Assembly: GCA_946965045.2 (NCBI GenBank)
Contig: OX337239.1
Coordinates: forward strand, 682,001 to 746,000
Direction of reading: 5' to 3'
Source: Epithemia pelagica
Lineage: Eukaryota > Protista > Bacillariophyta
Length of the DNA: 64,000 nt
Shown here: positions 1 to 11,356 of the stretch, piece after piece
Position numbering within the stretch: position 1 is the first letter of the stretch
Layout: each line of letters opens with the position of its first letter
Notes under the pieces: model-generated
Database searches by the model: none
Told to the model about the DNA's origin: nothing
Seen by the model: only the letters and a program-made list of their open reading frames with translations
Made by a program: the position numbers and the translations under genes

Positions 1-700
1 AATATTGAGTTGCTGGTAGAGAAACTATTCCAAGGATACAAGTTACAGACAACAGAATCACACGCCAACCATGGAGATGGATTGCAATAGCACAGGTTAC
101 TGGTGCTTTCGTATGAGAGTCCAAAATAGAAAGAGACAAGTTCTATCTACTAGGCTAGGGACACACGCCGACTGCAATTTTATTTTATTTCATGAATTCA
201 GGATGAAGACGAAGAAGAAAGGCTTGGTCATGTCCCTCCCTGTTGAGAGAGTAGGAGTGGTAACATGGTGATGGACAAGGAATGAAACTCTAGGAGAACC
301 TACCTACCTATCAAGAAAGGTAAAGGTGCAATGGTGTGGTGCGTCTTTCTTCCAATTTGTGAGGGGACGTTGGGGGATGAGAAGCGGTGTTAGGATTCTA
401 TTGATTCTGGTAGGGATCTATCATGAATTCTAGATCGCGCCAGAAGACCTCATGACCACGTACGTGGTTGTCGGGAATTCTCCGAAGCCCAAGTAGAATC
501 CTTTTACCCTACCAATATCCAGGTCGGCATGGCAACTCGCCACATCAGTCGCAGTCGCGGAAAGCGGCCACGTCTGTGATCGACTGTCACTGTTACAGTA
601 CACAAACATCTGGGACTGATGCCCACGATTTGCCAAAAAATCTCAAGACGTCTTTCGGTAGTGGGCGCCACGTTGTCTTGGACGATGGGGCCTGCAAAAC

Positions 701-718
701 GTGTGTGTGTGTGTGTGT
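701..718. repeat. (GT)9 microsatellite
   Basis: Directly visible gtgtgtgtgtgtgtgtgt upstream of the ankyrin gene. Confidence 0.95.
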
Positions 719-824
719 TGTTTGTGCGAACCGGTTCATCTGTTTCGTGACACTCCCAGCAAGAGTCAGTATTGAGACCAGAGAGCCGTTCGGGAAAAAG
801 GTGCTTTGAAGTGACACAAAAAGT

Positions 825-846
825 CAATCCACAATCCACAATCCAC
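825..846 (+). repeat. (CAATCCA)3 heptamer tandem, about 100 bp upstream of the ankyrin gene start
   Basis: caatcca caatcca caatcca c is visible. A promoter role is not established. Confidence 0.8.
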
Positions 847-942
847 TCTTTTGGTTGTCGCTTCGCTTGATCCATTAAGCCATAGATCCGTGTCAAACGT
901 CTCTCGATCCTCGTGTCGCCTGGAGCCGCCACATCTCTCAAC

Positions 943-2223
943 ATGACAACCACCATGTCGCACCCCAAATCCAAGACCGATTCTGCTGAAATTTCCGCCA
1001 TGTGCAACAAGACCAGCCGTATTCCCTTGTCGGTTCAATCACTATTCCTTCAGTGCAATCTCGACGAGCCAACGGTAGACAACCACGAAGAACAACCACA
1101 AGAAGCACCTCAATCGTTGGCCCAAGAAATCAGCTCATCGACGGTAAGCTTGCCTTGGTTCGTTTCCTTTGGAGTGGTGTTGTCATGTCTCTTTCCACTC
1201 AATCATCCATTTCTCGTCCCTTCTTTGTGACTCTATCAACAGGCTAGTCCTCGTCCATCGACTTGCACCTCGACCTGTACCTTGCATGACTTTTTGGTTC
1301 AATTGTTGGAAGAACGTGGCTACACGGCACTTCCCACTTACGATACCTTGAAGACGAGCTACTACAGTCCTCCCACGGCCTGGCAATTGGCGAGTCATGG
1401 TCCCAAGGTTGCCGAAATGCTCAAAACCAACGACGTGGTGGGCATGTGCGAAGCCTTGGCCGTGGCTGGTTTGTCGCCCAATCCTTGCAATTCGTACGGC
1501 GAATCCTTGGTCCACATGGCCTGTCGTCGAGGACACGTGGTCTTGTTGCAACTCATGGTGGACGCGGGGGCCAGTTTGCAAATTTGCGACGATTATGGCC
1601 GCACACCCTTGCACGATGCCTGTTGGGCCGCCCAACCAGCCTTTGACATTGTGAAACGACTCACCTTGGATTGCGATCGAGCCATGTGGTTCCTCCGAGA
1701 TACCCGCGGATCCCTGCCCCTCTCCTATGTCCACAAGGATCATGAAGCGGAATGGAAATCGTGGATGGAGGCCAATATCGATGCCATGTTCCCCGCCTTG
1801 TCAACCAATGGCGAGGATGCTTGCCAAACGGTGATTCAAGAAATGGCACGGCAATTGTTCCAATCGGACGACATTCCACCACCTCCACAAGATGGTAGAC
1901 ATGTCGTCGTGGTCAAGAAACCGGTGGAATCCGCCAATGTTTCCTTGGAACTCATCAAAATGGTGGCCAATGGCAAAATGACGCCGTCCGAAGCCCGTCT
2001 CATGGCCGATGACATGGCGCGACAACGCGAGGCGGAAGAAGACGAAGCGACCATGGAAGAATCGCAAACGACAGATTACAATGACGATGAGGATTGGACG
2101 GAATATGACGAGTCCTATTACAGCAGCAGCCACTACGACAATGACTTTGACGAAAGTGAAGAAGAAGAATTGGAGGAATTGGAGAATGAACTCGTGGAAA
2201 TGTTGCGAGGCATTGCCTACTGA
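943..2223 (+). CDS. Ankyrin-repeat protein, 2 exons (943-1143, 1243-2223), acidic C-terminal tail
   Basis: Ankyrin motifs GESLVHMACRRGH and YGRTPLHDACW. A phase-0 intron 1144-1242 (GTAAGC...AACAG, 99 nt) joins ORF 913.. to the frame of ORF 1282..2223. Confidence 0.85.
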
Positions 2224-3225
2224 GAGGGCAACCCGACCGGATGGCTGTCGCGACAAATGTAGGCAGCCTTCTAGCAATCCGTTTTCAATGTTCCCTTTCA
2301 GCGAGTGGTGCGCAACCTTTTCTACTGCAAGAAGCGGACAGTTGTCTGTTCGACCCTGTTCCAGTTTCGACCTCTTGTGGATTCGAAAAGTATGGAGTCC
2401 CTCTCTCGAGGGCTCGTTCTTCTTGGAATCCTTCATGCGCATGGTTGACCCGCATAACCTTGCTGGTTGTGGAAAAACCGACTTGAGAATATTCATTATC
2501 ACTCTAATATAATTCATAGTTCTGTATACCACTTTCCATAAACCAAACTCGTACTTAGATAGATACTCCAATGTACTATGTGCCGACGGGAAACATGGGA
2601 TGGCCAAACCAGCTAGTACGCATTCTTTAAAGAGCACAACCTTGAATCGCCACAATGTCGTGGTGGTGCATGTACCGTGCCGAGGCCACGCAAAGCATGT
2701 TTGTTGTCAATTGGTCTTCCCGACTGGTGCGTGCATAGTGCTCTGGTTATGAAGGACATGGTCCGTCCCGCCACAAACAAAAACACCAGACTACCTACCT
2801 AGAGGAGCGTATCAGGTTGTCATACATGAACTTGTGAAAATGGCATGGAGCGGGTTGCTGTTTTGGTTCTCTTGGTTGAAGCAGCGAAACAAACTAGTAC
2901 ATGAACGACATTGAATGGGGCAGAGTTTGTACACCTTCTATATCGTCTTGTCGTTCCTAGTAGGCACACCTAGAATTCCCCACGAACTCAACCACACACT
3001 GTAACCCCTTTTTGTTCGGTGCATGGCTCTTATGGTCAAGCACTGTCGTGGAAGCAAAACACCTGAGCATTGGTAGCAACTACTCCCAAAATGTTTCCGA
3101 AAAAACCGCTGGATCCATCCTAAATGCTTCATTCTTCCCAGCGCACCGACTCCATAACCGAAACGAACCACACCATGCAGATCCAAGAAAAGTGTTTGAA
3201 GCCACGCGCACGCAAAAGCGTCTGC

Positions 3226-5100
3226 TTACATGGACCGACGCCCCCGCCACGGCCGCTGTTGTTGTTGTTGTTGTTGAGGCTCCATGGAACGTCCTCCTGG
3301 AAGGGGTGCCGCCCAATGCCGTTCGTCACGGGGAGGCATACCACCAACCGCACGAGGGGGTGGTGGTGGTGGGGGCGGCGGTGGCGGTGGTCCTCGTCCG
3401 GTTCCACCTCGATTCATGTAACTATTGTGGTTATTGTTATAGGAATTTCGTCGATGCAGCGGCGGTGGTGCACTTTGGGCACGGCCTGGATACTGTTGAT
3501 TCCCATAGCCCCGTCTTCGACCTCCATTGCGAAGGGCCCATTGCGCCGCTTGTTCCTTTTGTTGTTTGCTGCGTTCCACCTGGGCAGCGCCCAAGAGTTC
3601 GTCACGACTACATTCGTCCGCCGTAGGTCGCACACAGCGAAAGCCGTCGTGTCCCTCCTCTCCACAATTCCAACACGTCATGGCTGGTGCTTGTTGTTGT
3701 GGTGGTTGTCGGTGTCGTGGTCGGCCGCGCGTGTCACGATTCTCGTCGGGAAGATCAAAGGTTTGAACCTCGCACGACACGTGTCCAGGTTTGCCACAAA
3801 CCAGACAAATGGCTTGAGCATGGGCGTTTCGTAAAGCTGCAGCAAACTGTTGTTGAAATTGGTCTTGTTGAAATCGTGAAGGTGACGGTCGCACCAACCA
3901 CGGGCACTTATGGGTGCTATGGGCCTGTATATGATAACAAATGGTACAAATCAAGGTGGGTGGTGGACGGCCGGTATTGTTGGGTGGTACCACAAAGCAT
4001 TGCCGGGCAACATGTCCAGGAATACCACAGGTAAAGCAAATGGCCTTGTAGGGACACGACCGAACGTCGGAATGATCCGTGGCGGCACACAGGGGACACG
4101 TTCGGGGTGCCTTTTCGCGTGCCGAGGAGGACAGAGCCGATAACAGCAAGGCGCGATCGGCGACAAAATACCGACTGTCCGTATTGCTGTTGTTATTATT
4201 GTTTGTGACAATTTCCACACGCACGGGTCGTCCATCCAGACTGGTCAATTGATCGCGACAAGCCTTGGCTTCGGTCAAGGAGGCAAACGTGACAAAGGCT
4301 CGACCCGCATTGAGTGGGGCAGAACTAGTGATGTTCGAGTTTTTGTCCTTTTCGTCACCGTCTTCATCGTCCGATTGCATGATAAGCTTCAGATTTTCCA
4401 CCGTTCCAAAAGCTTGACAAGCCTGTTCCAAGGTTTGTGCTGTAGTGGTATATTTGAGATTGACAATCTTGACTTTGACGGCGTCCTTGCTGGTGCTGCT
4501 CGTTGTACTATTGCGCTTGCGTTTCCGACTGGGCTGATCAGGGTCCTTGACATTGGTTGGGGCGGCGGTTTCTTCTGTTTCGTCATCGCTGAGGGGGACG
4601 GATTCCATGGTTCGTCCCAAACGACCATCCCAATCCTTTTCATTCCGTCCAAAGGCTTGAAGAAATTCGTCATTGAGAGGAATCACCGGGGGCGCCTCCA
4701 GAACCTGAGGCGTTCGCGCCTGTTGCAACAAGCGCTGGGCCAATGCTGATTGCAAAACACGCCGTGTCGGAGAATTTGCTAGTGTTGGTGTTGTGCCGTT
4801 CTCTTGTTTTTCGTTCACAGTGGAAGGATTTTGCTGTGAAACCATCATTCCTGCTCCATTCTTCTTGGTTTCCGAAACCATCTTTTCATCCTTGACCCCT
4901 TCGGAATCCGATGCGGCAAACAAATCTTCCTCCTCGTCGTCCTGATCTGTTTTTGAATTGTTCTTGTGAGTGCCATTGGCAGCATCGCCAGTGACCTGTA
5001 CTGTCCCTGCGGCCTCGTCCATTCGTATCACATTTTCTTCTTCTTCTTCTTTTTCGCCGCTTTCTTCCTCTTCCTCACTTAACGATCCCACCAAGGGCAT
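3226..5100 (-). CDS. RRM plus multiple CCHC zinc-knuckle RNA-binding protein (Air1/ZCCHC7-like)
   Basis: RRM with an RNP1-like RAFVTF and about 5 knuckles (CPLC..H..C, CFTCGIPGHVARQC, CTICYH..H..C, CLVCGKPGH, CWNCGEEGHDGFRC). RG/Pro-rich tail. First ATG at 5100. Orthology to Air1 is inference. Confidence 0.8.
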   Translation of the reverse strand: MPLVGSLSEEEEESGEKEEEEENVIRMDEAAGTVQVTGDAANGTHKNNSKTDQDDEEEDLFAASDSEGVKDEKMVSETKKNGAGMMVSQQNPSTVNEKQENGTTPTLANSPTRRVLQSALAQRLLQQARTPQVLEAPPVIPLNDEFLQAFGRNEKDWDGRLGRTMESVPLSDDETEETAAPTNVKDPDQPSRKRKRNSTTSSTSKDAVKVKIVNLKYTTTAQTLEQACQAFGTVENLKLIMQSDDEDGDEKDKNSNITSSAPLNAGRAFVTFASLTEAKACRDQLTSLDGRPVRVEIVTNNNNNSNTDSRYFVADRALLLSALSSSAREKAPRTCPLCAATDHSDVRSCPYKAICFTCGIPGHVARQCFVVPPNNTGRPPPTLICTICYHIQAHSTHKCPWLVRPSPSRFQQDQFQQQFAAALRNAHAQAICLVCGKPGHVSCEVQTFDLPDENRDTRGRPRHRQPPQQQAPAMTCWNCGEEGHDGFRCVRPTADECSRDELLGAAQVERSKQQKEQAAQWALRNGGRRRGYGNQQYPGRAQSAPPPLHRRNSYNNNHNSYMNRGGTGRGPPPPPPPPPPPPRAVGGMPPRDERHWAAPLPGGRSMEPQQQQQQQRPWRGRRSM

Positions 5101-5884
5101 ACTGTTCAAAGTCACAATTGCTTGTTTTCTGTCGTAGCGCACAAAGGGTTCAATGTCTCGCGGTGCGTTGTCTTGGTAGAATCAACCCGAAAGGATGGCC
5201 AACCAATCGTACGGTCAATCTCCGTTTTCCTCGTTGTTCACATGCCCAGCTTCTGCTGCTGCTTCTCTTGTCCGGCAACAGCCAACCACCAATCCACCAA
5301 AAAAAGAGACAGATTCTGTTGATGGGTGTTCCAATTGCAAACGTGAAAATGGAATCCAAGACGGCAACGACAAGACAATCTTCCATCCACAAAGGGAGGC
5401 AATCAGTTTTACATGCAACGATAGAGGATATAGAGGATGGATCCCCAAACCTCGCATAGCGGATGGCTGACAGACTTTTAAAGCGACTCCAGAGTATCCC
5501 GTGAAGCGACCGGTAGCGCGATTCGGTGCTCGGGGCTCTAGCTAGAGCGGAGCAAGTTTGACCATGGTACCATCCATGACAAATCCTGTTTGGCGCTAGA
5601 GAATGCCTCGAGTCAGGAACTTGGAGAATGTTCTACAAGAAGTAGAAAAGGCTTTTCGTCCTTCCTATTGTGTAGTCGAAAACCACCACAAGTCCATTCA
5701 TTGCTATTCAACGCTATCCTCTCTACCTCTCTTTCTACCGCTCTGTCCGTCGCTCGCCACCATCCGACAGCAGCATTGCGTTTTGCAACGATCCCATTGA
5801 TTGTGTCACACGACGAGAGGCCGTGGTTCAGCTCTCTTTTATAGTAAACACAAAGAAGCAATCGCCAACCGCATCAGACGCACC

Positions 5885-6511
5885 ATGGCCAAGGGACGAT
5901 TCAACAAACGTGGAGGCGGTCCTCGTTTAGATGCTGAAAATGCCGATGAAATTGAACAACGAAATGCTCGTTTGGCCGAATTGGAAGAACAACGTGCCCA
6001 ACGACGAGCCGATGCCGAAGACGAAGAGGATGAGGAGGACGACGAAAAGGACGACGATGACAAGGAACGAACGACGACAAGTAGCAACCACGAGGCTTCT
6101 TCCACAGCGGCTGCCGCTGCCAGTGGAGGAGAGGGAAAAAACAAGACGGCAGCCCCTGCTGGACCTGTCACGACACAAGCCGATCACAATCGCAACATGG
6201 CCAAATTGGCCGAAGTACGAAAACGTCGAGAAGAAGCAGAAAAACGACGCAGGGCACAACAAGAAGAAGAATCCAAGGTTTTGGAAGAAGAGCGACAAAA
6301 AATGCAAGCGTTGCAAGTCGATGACGATGAGGATGACACTGGCAAAAAGAAAAAGAATGCGGCCAAGAACATTCCCAAACTGGATAAGATTGTTATCAAG
6401 AAAATGAAACCCACACAAATGAAAGAAGCCTTGAAAGAGCGAGGATTGGATATTCAAGGCAATGCGAAGCAATTGCAACAACGATTATTGGACTATGAAG
6501 CTGCACGGTGA
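5885..6511 (+). CDS. PP28/PDAP1-like protein with a C-terminal SAP domain
   Basis: NMAKLAEVRKRREEAEKRR resembles the PP28 core (DLARLAxIRKQREEAA). KKMKPTQMKEALKERGLDIQGNAKQLQQRL fits the SAP consensus. Transcribed divergently from the 5100 gene. Confidence 0.7.
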   Translation: MAKGRFNKRGGGPRLDAENADEIEQRNARLAELEEQRAQRRADAEDEEDEEDDEKDDDDKERTTTSSNHEASSTAAAAASGGEGKNKTAAPAGPVTTQADHNRNMAKLAEVRKRREEAEKRRRAQQEEESKVLEEERQKMQALQVDDDEDDTGKKKKNAAKNIPKLDKIVIKKMKPTQMKEALKERGLDIQGNAKQLQQRLLDYEAAR

Positions 6512-6599
6512 TGAAATGTATTCAAACAAAAACTGGTTAATAGACAAAAGTTTCTCATGGACTGTCGTTCTAGGATGAATAACATGTCGTACAACTAAC

Positions 6600-6661
6600 C
6601 CAAATGATCTGTAGGCAGAAGAACTATGTTTCCAAATGATTTGTAGGCAGAAGAACTATGT
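6600..6661. repeat. 32-bp tandem duplication between convergent 3' ends
   Basis: caaatgat(c/t)tgtaggcagaagaactatgt occurs twice with period 32. Confidence 0.9.
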
Positions 6662-6982
6662 AATGGAAGGAGAAGCAAATGAAAATGATGGTCTATATCT
6701 TCTTCAATTGACAGATATATTCATGCAAGAAGAGAAACTGACGGCTTGCAATAGAGGATACTGGGTGTACTCGTACAACATGATTGGCAATTAACATGTA
6801 GGAGGGCGAATTTCCTCCACGCACCGCTGCTAAGGAAAGAGGGAATTAAGGATTCACATGTTCACATCCGTCCTGGACAAGGAATCGAAAACTCCATATC
6901 GATGTGGATGAAAGCCACCCAAACTATGGAACTCCACTCTCTACGCTCGATATATCACCGCCTCAAAGGATTCGGCCTTGAA

Positions 6983-9289
6983 TTAGGAGAGTTGACTCAT
7001 GGCGACACCATATTCTTCGTCATTGTCGTCGTCACCAAGACTCGGTTGTTCACTGTGATCCTCTTCCTCGGTGGTACTGTTGGTATGATCCTCGCCAAGG
7101 TACGACAGATTGTACGAATACTGGTTGTTCCGACAATGTGGTGGGTCATCCAGTAGAATGGGGTCCGCAATGGGCATCCATGGATGTTGCCACCCCCAGC
7201 CCCGCCTAAAGGCACTAGGCATGGGCGCTCCTTGTCGTCGTCGACGAACGACCAACACCGCGACACCCGTCACAGCAACAAACAAAACCCAACCAAGTCT
7301 GGACAACATGAACCTCCCTCCTTGTTGATTTTGGTCTTTTGATTCTCCAGCAACAAATGTTTGGGGAGGTGGTGTTTCTCGCACCAGACTCAACACACCA
7401 CTCACGGCATCCTTGTCCTCCGTCGTCGAGGGTGGACAATACTGCAAACTGACACAGGCTTGAGGATCGTGACAAGTGGCGCATGCTTGACAAACGGGTG
7501 GTTTCTCCTGAGATATGGGAAAACCAGCACAAATGGCCCAAAACGCCGTGGCAAAGTTGAGAGCGCCACGTACAATGGCACCATTGACTGTCAAGGTGGG
7601 GACACGAAAGACACTGGATGACCGTTCATTCAATTCCAATGAAAGCAAGGTATTCGGCCTATCATGCCGTGTCCCTCCAGCCTCCAACATGCAATTGTTT
7701 ACCTTGTCTGCATCCACTCCAGCCATGTTCATGGCGTGACTAATACAGTCCGGGAAAACAAGATTTGGATCATAGGAGATTGGTGGTTTACAGAATTTGG
7801 AATAACTCTTGAGATATTCCCACCATGGCAATCCAATGCCATTAGACTCCCCATACAGCTTCCAAATGCAAATGCGACGTAAGCCTTCTTCCACGGAGCT
7901 TCCTGGTAGTTGTTCAATGAGAGGGCTCTTTGCGTCGCAGTAACGGCCGCCATTGGAACAAGAGTTGACGCAATCGAATCCTTGATAGACATATTCGTTT
8001 GGATCATCATTATTGACACGACAACCGGCAAAGTTCCCATTATACAATAATGTACGTGGCGTAAAAAAGGCATGCTCTTGGAGGACTTGAACGACTTGCA
8101 GCAAGTCTGGTACATAGTCTTGGGACAAATCCACACTATGGTTCGCATCCTCGGGTGCCATGGTCATGGTAGGCGACAACCACAAACTATATTCGACACG
8201 TTGTGGTCCTGGATTGATCTCCGGCTGGTCGGTGCTGGTTATTGACTGGTTGGAGTTGGAGCCAATTTGTGTCGGTGGTGGGGGTGGAATGGGAAAGTCG
8301 AGTTGCACCCGAATATCGGATAGTGAGAACTTGGTCTCATTCTTTGGCAGTCTGGGGTGATTGTCCCATTCCATCAATGTCTCTTTAAGGAGATCGGCAT
8401 CGTGTTGAAAGAGTAACATGGAAGGAATTGTTATCTCGTCCAGCATGGCGGGATCGTCCCTTTTGCTATCGGGCAGCATGGTTCCAGGCCTTGATAGGTT
8501 GAGATACAGAGAAGCAAAGGTGCGTACGAATGTGTTAGGAGTCCAATAAAACAAGGATGAAAACCATTCTCTCCTTCATTTGAAACCTTACAATTCATGA
8601 GTACATTCTTGATTCTTGTGGCACACTGTGCTTCCAGCGGCATGGCCGCATACACAGCGGTTGTCAGCGATTAAAACAACCGAGGCACCAAGTGAGTATT
8701 GTGCCATGTGCACTTGATGCGCCACTGAACATTCATCTTCGGGTGCCTTGTCCATTAAGAGGGCAAACGGGCCCAGACTCATCCACGAATGTCTTGGATC
8801 GCCTTTGTGATGATGAAGATGGAATTGATTATGGTGGAGGTGATTAGGTGGCTGTACGGGAAGCGATACATTCAGAACTGATTCGGGCCCATGGCATAAG
8901 GGAGATGTGTTGTTGATGCTTGGCGGCAGGTAATAATAATACAAGGGCAGTTCTTGGAGGGTTTGTCCATGAGGGTAGAGGCCGAAAAGAGCATCGCGAT
9001 GATCGTATCCACGGGCCTTGTACAACTGTTTTGGCAACTGTAATCGCTCCGCATGGAAGTAACGAAGAGACATTCAACGGACAATCATTAGCATTGTATA
9101 GTACGGCCACCGAAAGCACAACGTATCAAGAATGAAAAGCGTACAAGACAAGAAAAGATAAGGGCGGAAAGTTCACATCATCATTCTTCTTACCGGTATG
9201 TTGAGAACGGACGTGGGAGTATCTGGAAGGCCATCACACCCTACGAAGGATAGCATAAGAATGAGCAACCATCGAGGCAAGGCGTTCAT
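6983..9289 (-). CDS. Vacuolar sorting receptor (VSR/BP-80-like, PA domain, type I membrane protein), 3 exons: 9289-9194, 9037-8592, 8489-6983
   Basis: Signal peptide MNALPRWLLILMLSFVGCDG. Introns 9193-9038 (GTAAGA..TACAG) and 8591-8490 (GTAAGG..TCAAG) restore the frame. Motifs GYDHRDALFG, AQYSLGASVVLIADNRCVC, NGGRYC, RRICIW..WWEY and PTLTVNG..AICAGF, then a TM helix LGWVLFVAVTGVAVLVV. Confidence 0.85.
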
Positions 9290-9596
9290 TGCATGGAACA
9301 ACATCATCATTGCCATTTCGAGAAGAACGAATCAACCAAATCTATATGAAAATCATGAGAGGAAATCTGTGCGTGTGATGGCCCGCGCTCGCAAGCAGTC
9401 CAATCACGAGCAACTTGTTCGTTCCAATCACGATCGACCCAATCTCTTAAGTCACGTGCTATATGCTCTACCTTGGAGTTGGAGGGCAACTTCCACTCTA
9501 GCAGTGGGAGTAGGTCGTATACAAGAAAAGAACAACAATCAATCCTATCTTTCATGCTCGAGTAGATGACCGAACAAATCCCTGGTGCTGCTTGTC

Positions 9597-10631
9597 TCAA
9601 TTTGGCATACAGTCATAAGCCACGAGGACAATCCAGTAAACTTTGCCATCGTGGGGGATGTTGTTGGCGGACGACTTGAACTCTAGGTATACCTCGGCAT
9701 CATCCCGATTGATTTCGCCTGGCAAACCAATACTGTCGACAAACTGGTGCGAATCGCTGTAACCATCACCTCGATATTCCGTATTGGTTTCTCCAATTTG
9801 AGGCAGCTTGAACTTGACATCTCCCTTGCCACTGGACCGAAAATCGAACTTGACCTCTAAATTTGCCTTTTTGCCCTTCCCCTTGCCCTGCGACGGCGGT
9901 ACGTCCTCGGGATGTTTTTGGTCCCAATATACAGCATACAATCGATACCATCGTTCATAGCCACTTTGCAGAGGCGGTTGTGCATCGGAACCAAAGGGAC
10001 TGTATAGCTTTACCAGTCTCACATGGTTCTCATTACTGGCAATGGTAACAGGATCATCGTCTCCGGTGCCATAAATGGGGCGTCGATGTACTTCCTCGCA
10101 CTTTTCATAATCAGGTTCCTTCTTTTTCTTAATGTCCTTATGGTAACATTGGATCCTGCCATTAATGGGTTGGTAATCATCAGGTTGGGTAAACCAAATT
10201 TCACAACTGCCAGTAGAACTTGTGGTTGTCGGACGAGCAAATTCAAAAGCTAGACACTCTGATATCATGACGGAGCACATATCTTGACACTCCTGTAAGG
10301 TCTTACCCGCGTGTCGGACATAATCCTTGTCTTTCTCTCCCGCATACCCATTATCAATGCGACAGGCTCCATCGTACATTTTGTATTCAAACGTGGGCAC
10401 AGTGGACAAAGTGCGAAGACGAACTTGATGCATCTTGTTTTCACTTTGTTGTTGATGCTGCTGTTGTCCTCGTTGTCGTTTCTTTGGTTGTTCTGCTTGT
10501 CTCCGTCGCGCACGCTCGCGTTTCTTTTTTGTTTGACCATAGCTTGTTTCGCTTGAGACACCGAAAGGCGTCATGAGAAGAAGGACAAGACATAGTGTAC
10601 AAGTCGCATTGACGAGACGAAAAGTTTTCAT
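9597..10631 (-). CDS. Secreted PAN/apple-domain protein with an uncharacterised C-terminal domain (paralogue 1)
   Basis: Signal peptide, then a PAN cysteine pattern GACR..ECQDMC..CLAFEF..CEIW..CY. The C-terminal domain is shared with the loci at 11357 and 15308. Confidence 0.85.
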   Translation of the reverse strand: MKTFRLVNATCTLCLVLLLMTPFGVSSETSYGQTKKKRERARRRQAEQPKKRQRGQQQHQQQSENKMHQVRLRTLSTVPTFEYKMYDGACRIDNGYAGEKDKDYVRHAGKTLQECQDMCSVMISECLAFEFARPTTTSSTGSCEIWFTQPDDYQPINGRIQCYHKDIKKKKEPDYEKCEEVHRRPIYGTGDDDPVTIASNENHVRLVKLYSPFGSDAQPPLQSGYERWYRLYAVYWDQKHPEDVPPSQGKGKGKKANLEVKFDFRSSGKGDVKFKLPQIGETNTEYRGDGYSDSHQFVDSIGLPGEINRDDAEVYLEFKSSANNIPHDGKVYWIVLVAYDCMPN

Positions 10632-11356
10632 TGTAAATGTCTTGCTGATGGTTTGACGGAAACACTAGAAGAAATTGTGAGAATGTTGCTTGTGTTAGGA
10701 GAGAGGCATGTTGCGCGAGTGGGAAGAAAAGAACATCTGTTGTCGATGTCATCATTGAAAGCATGATGGACCTCCACTATTGTTGCGTATAGTTGGTCTA
10801 TTAAAGCTTATCATTCAATGCCTCCAATCCAATTTCGCATCCTTTCTTCTATTTCGCATCTCCATTTCGCAACCTCTCTTCCAGCTTCCGGATCACATCT
10901 TCAACTTCCGTACGCTCCAGCGATAGTAAAATGGAACATTTAAGACTGGTGCATTTTTTTATTTCTTGAACCACTGAGTTTTCAAGACTCAGATTCAATG
11001 AGTCTCAGTCACGGAACTGCAGGGGTGCTATGCATGCTATCCAACGGTTATGTTCTCTTCCTAATACTCCTACTCCTAGAGTAGTAGAGAGCACAACAAA
11101 GAAACGTAAAAAATATGGGATAATGATCACCCAGAGATTGGAGTCATCGGAATGTAGGACCAGCCCAAACCCAAATAGGTTGCGCATGTCACTATGCGCT
11201 CAAAAGTCGATGTATTCTACTTTCTACAAACGTCAAATGAGCCAGTTGTTTGTTGCCTAACGATACAATACGACTGACAACAGGACAAACTATCATACTC
11301 AAAACATTTCTCTTAGCAACAAATTGTTCATGCGATCACGCAGGACTCGCACGCCA

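Noticed and set aside
504-1010. 168-aa minus-strand ORF upstream of the ankyrin gene
   Set aside because: It runs through a microsatellite and overlaps exon 1 of the plus-strand gene, with no motif.
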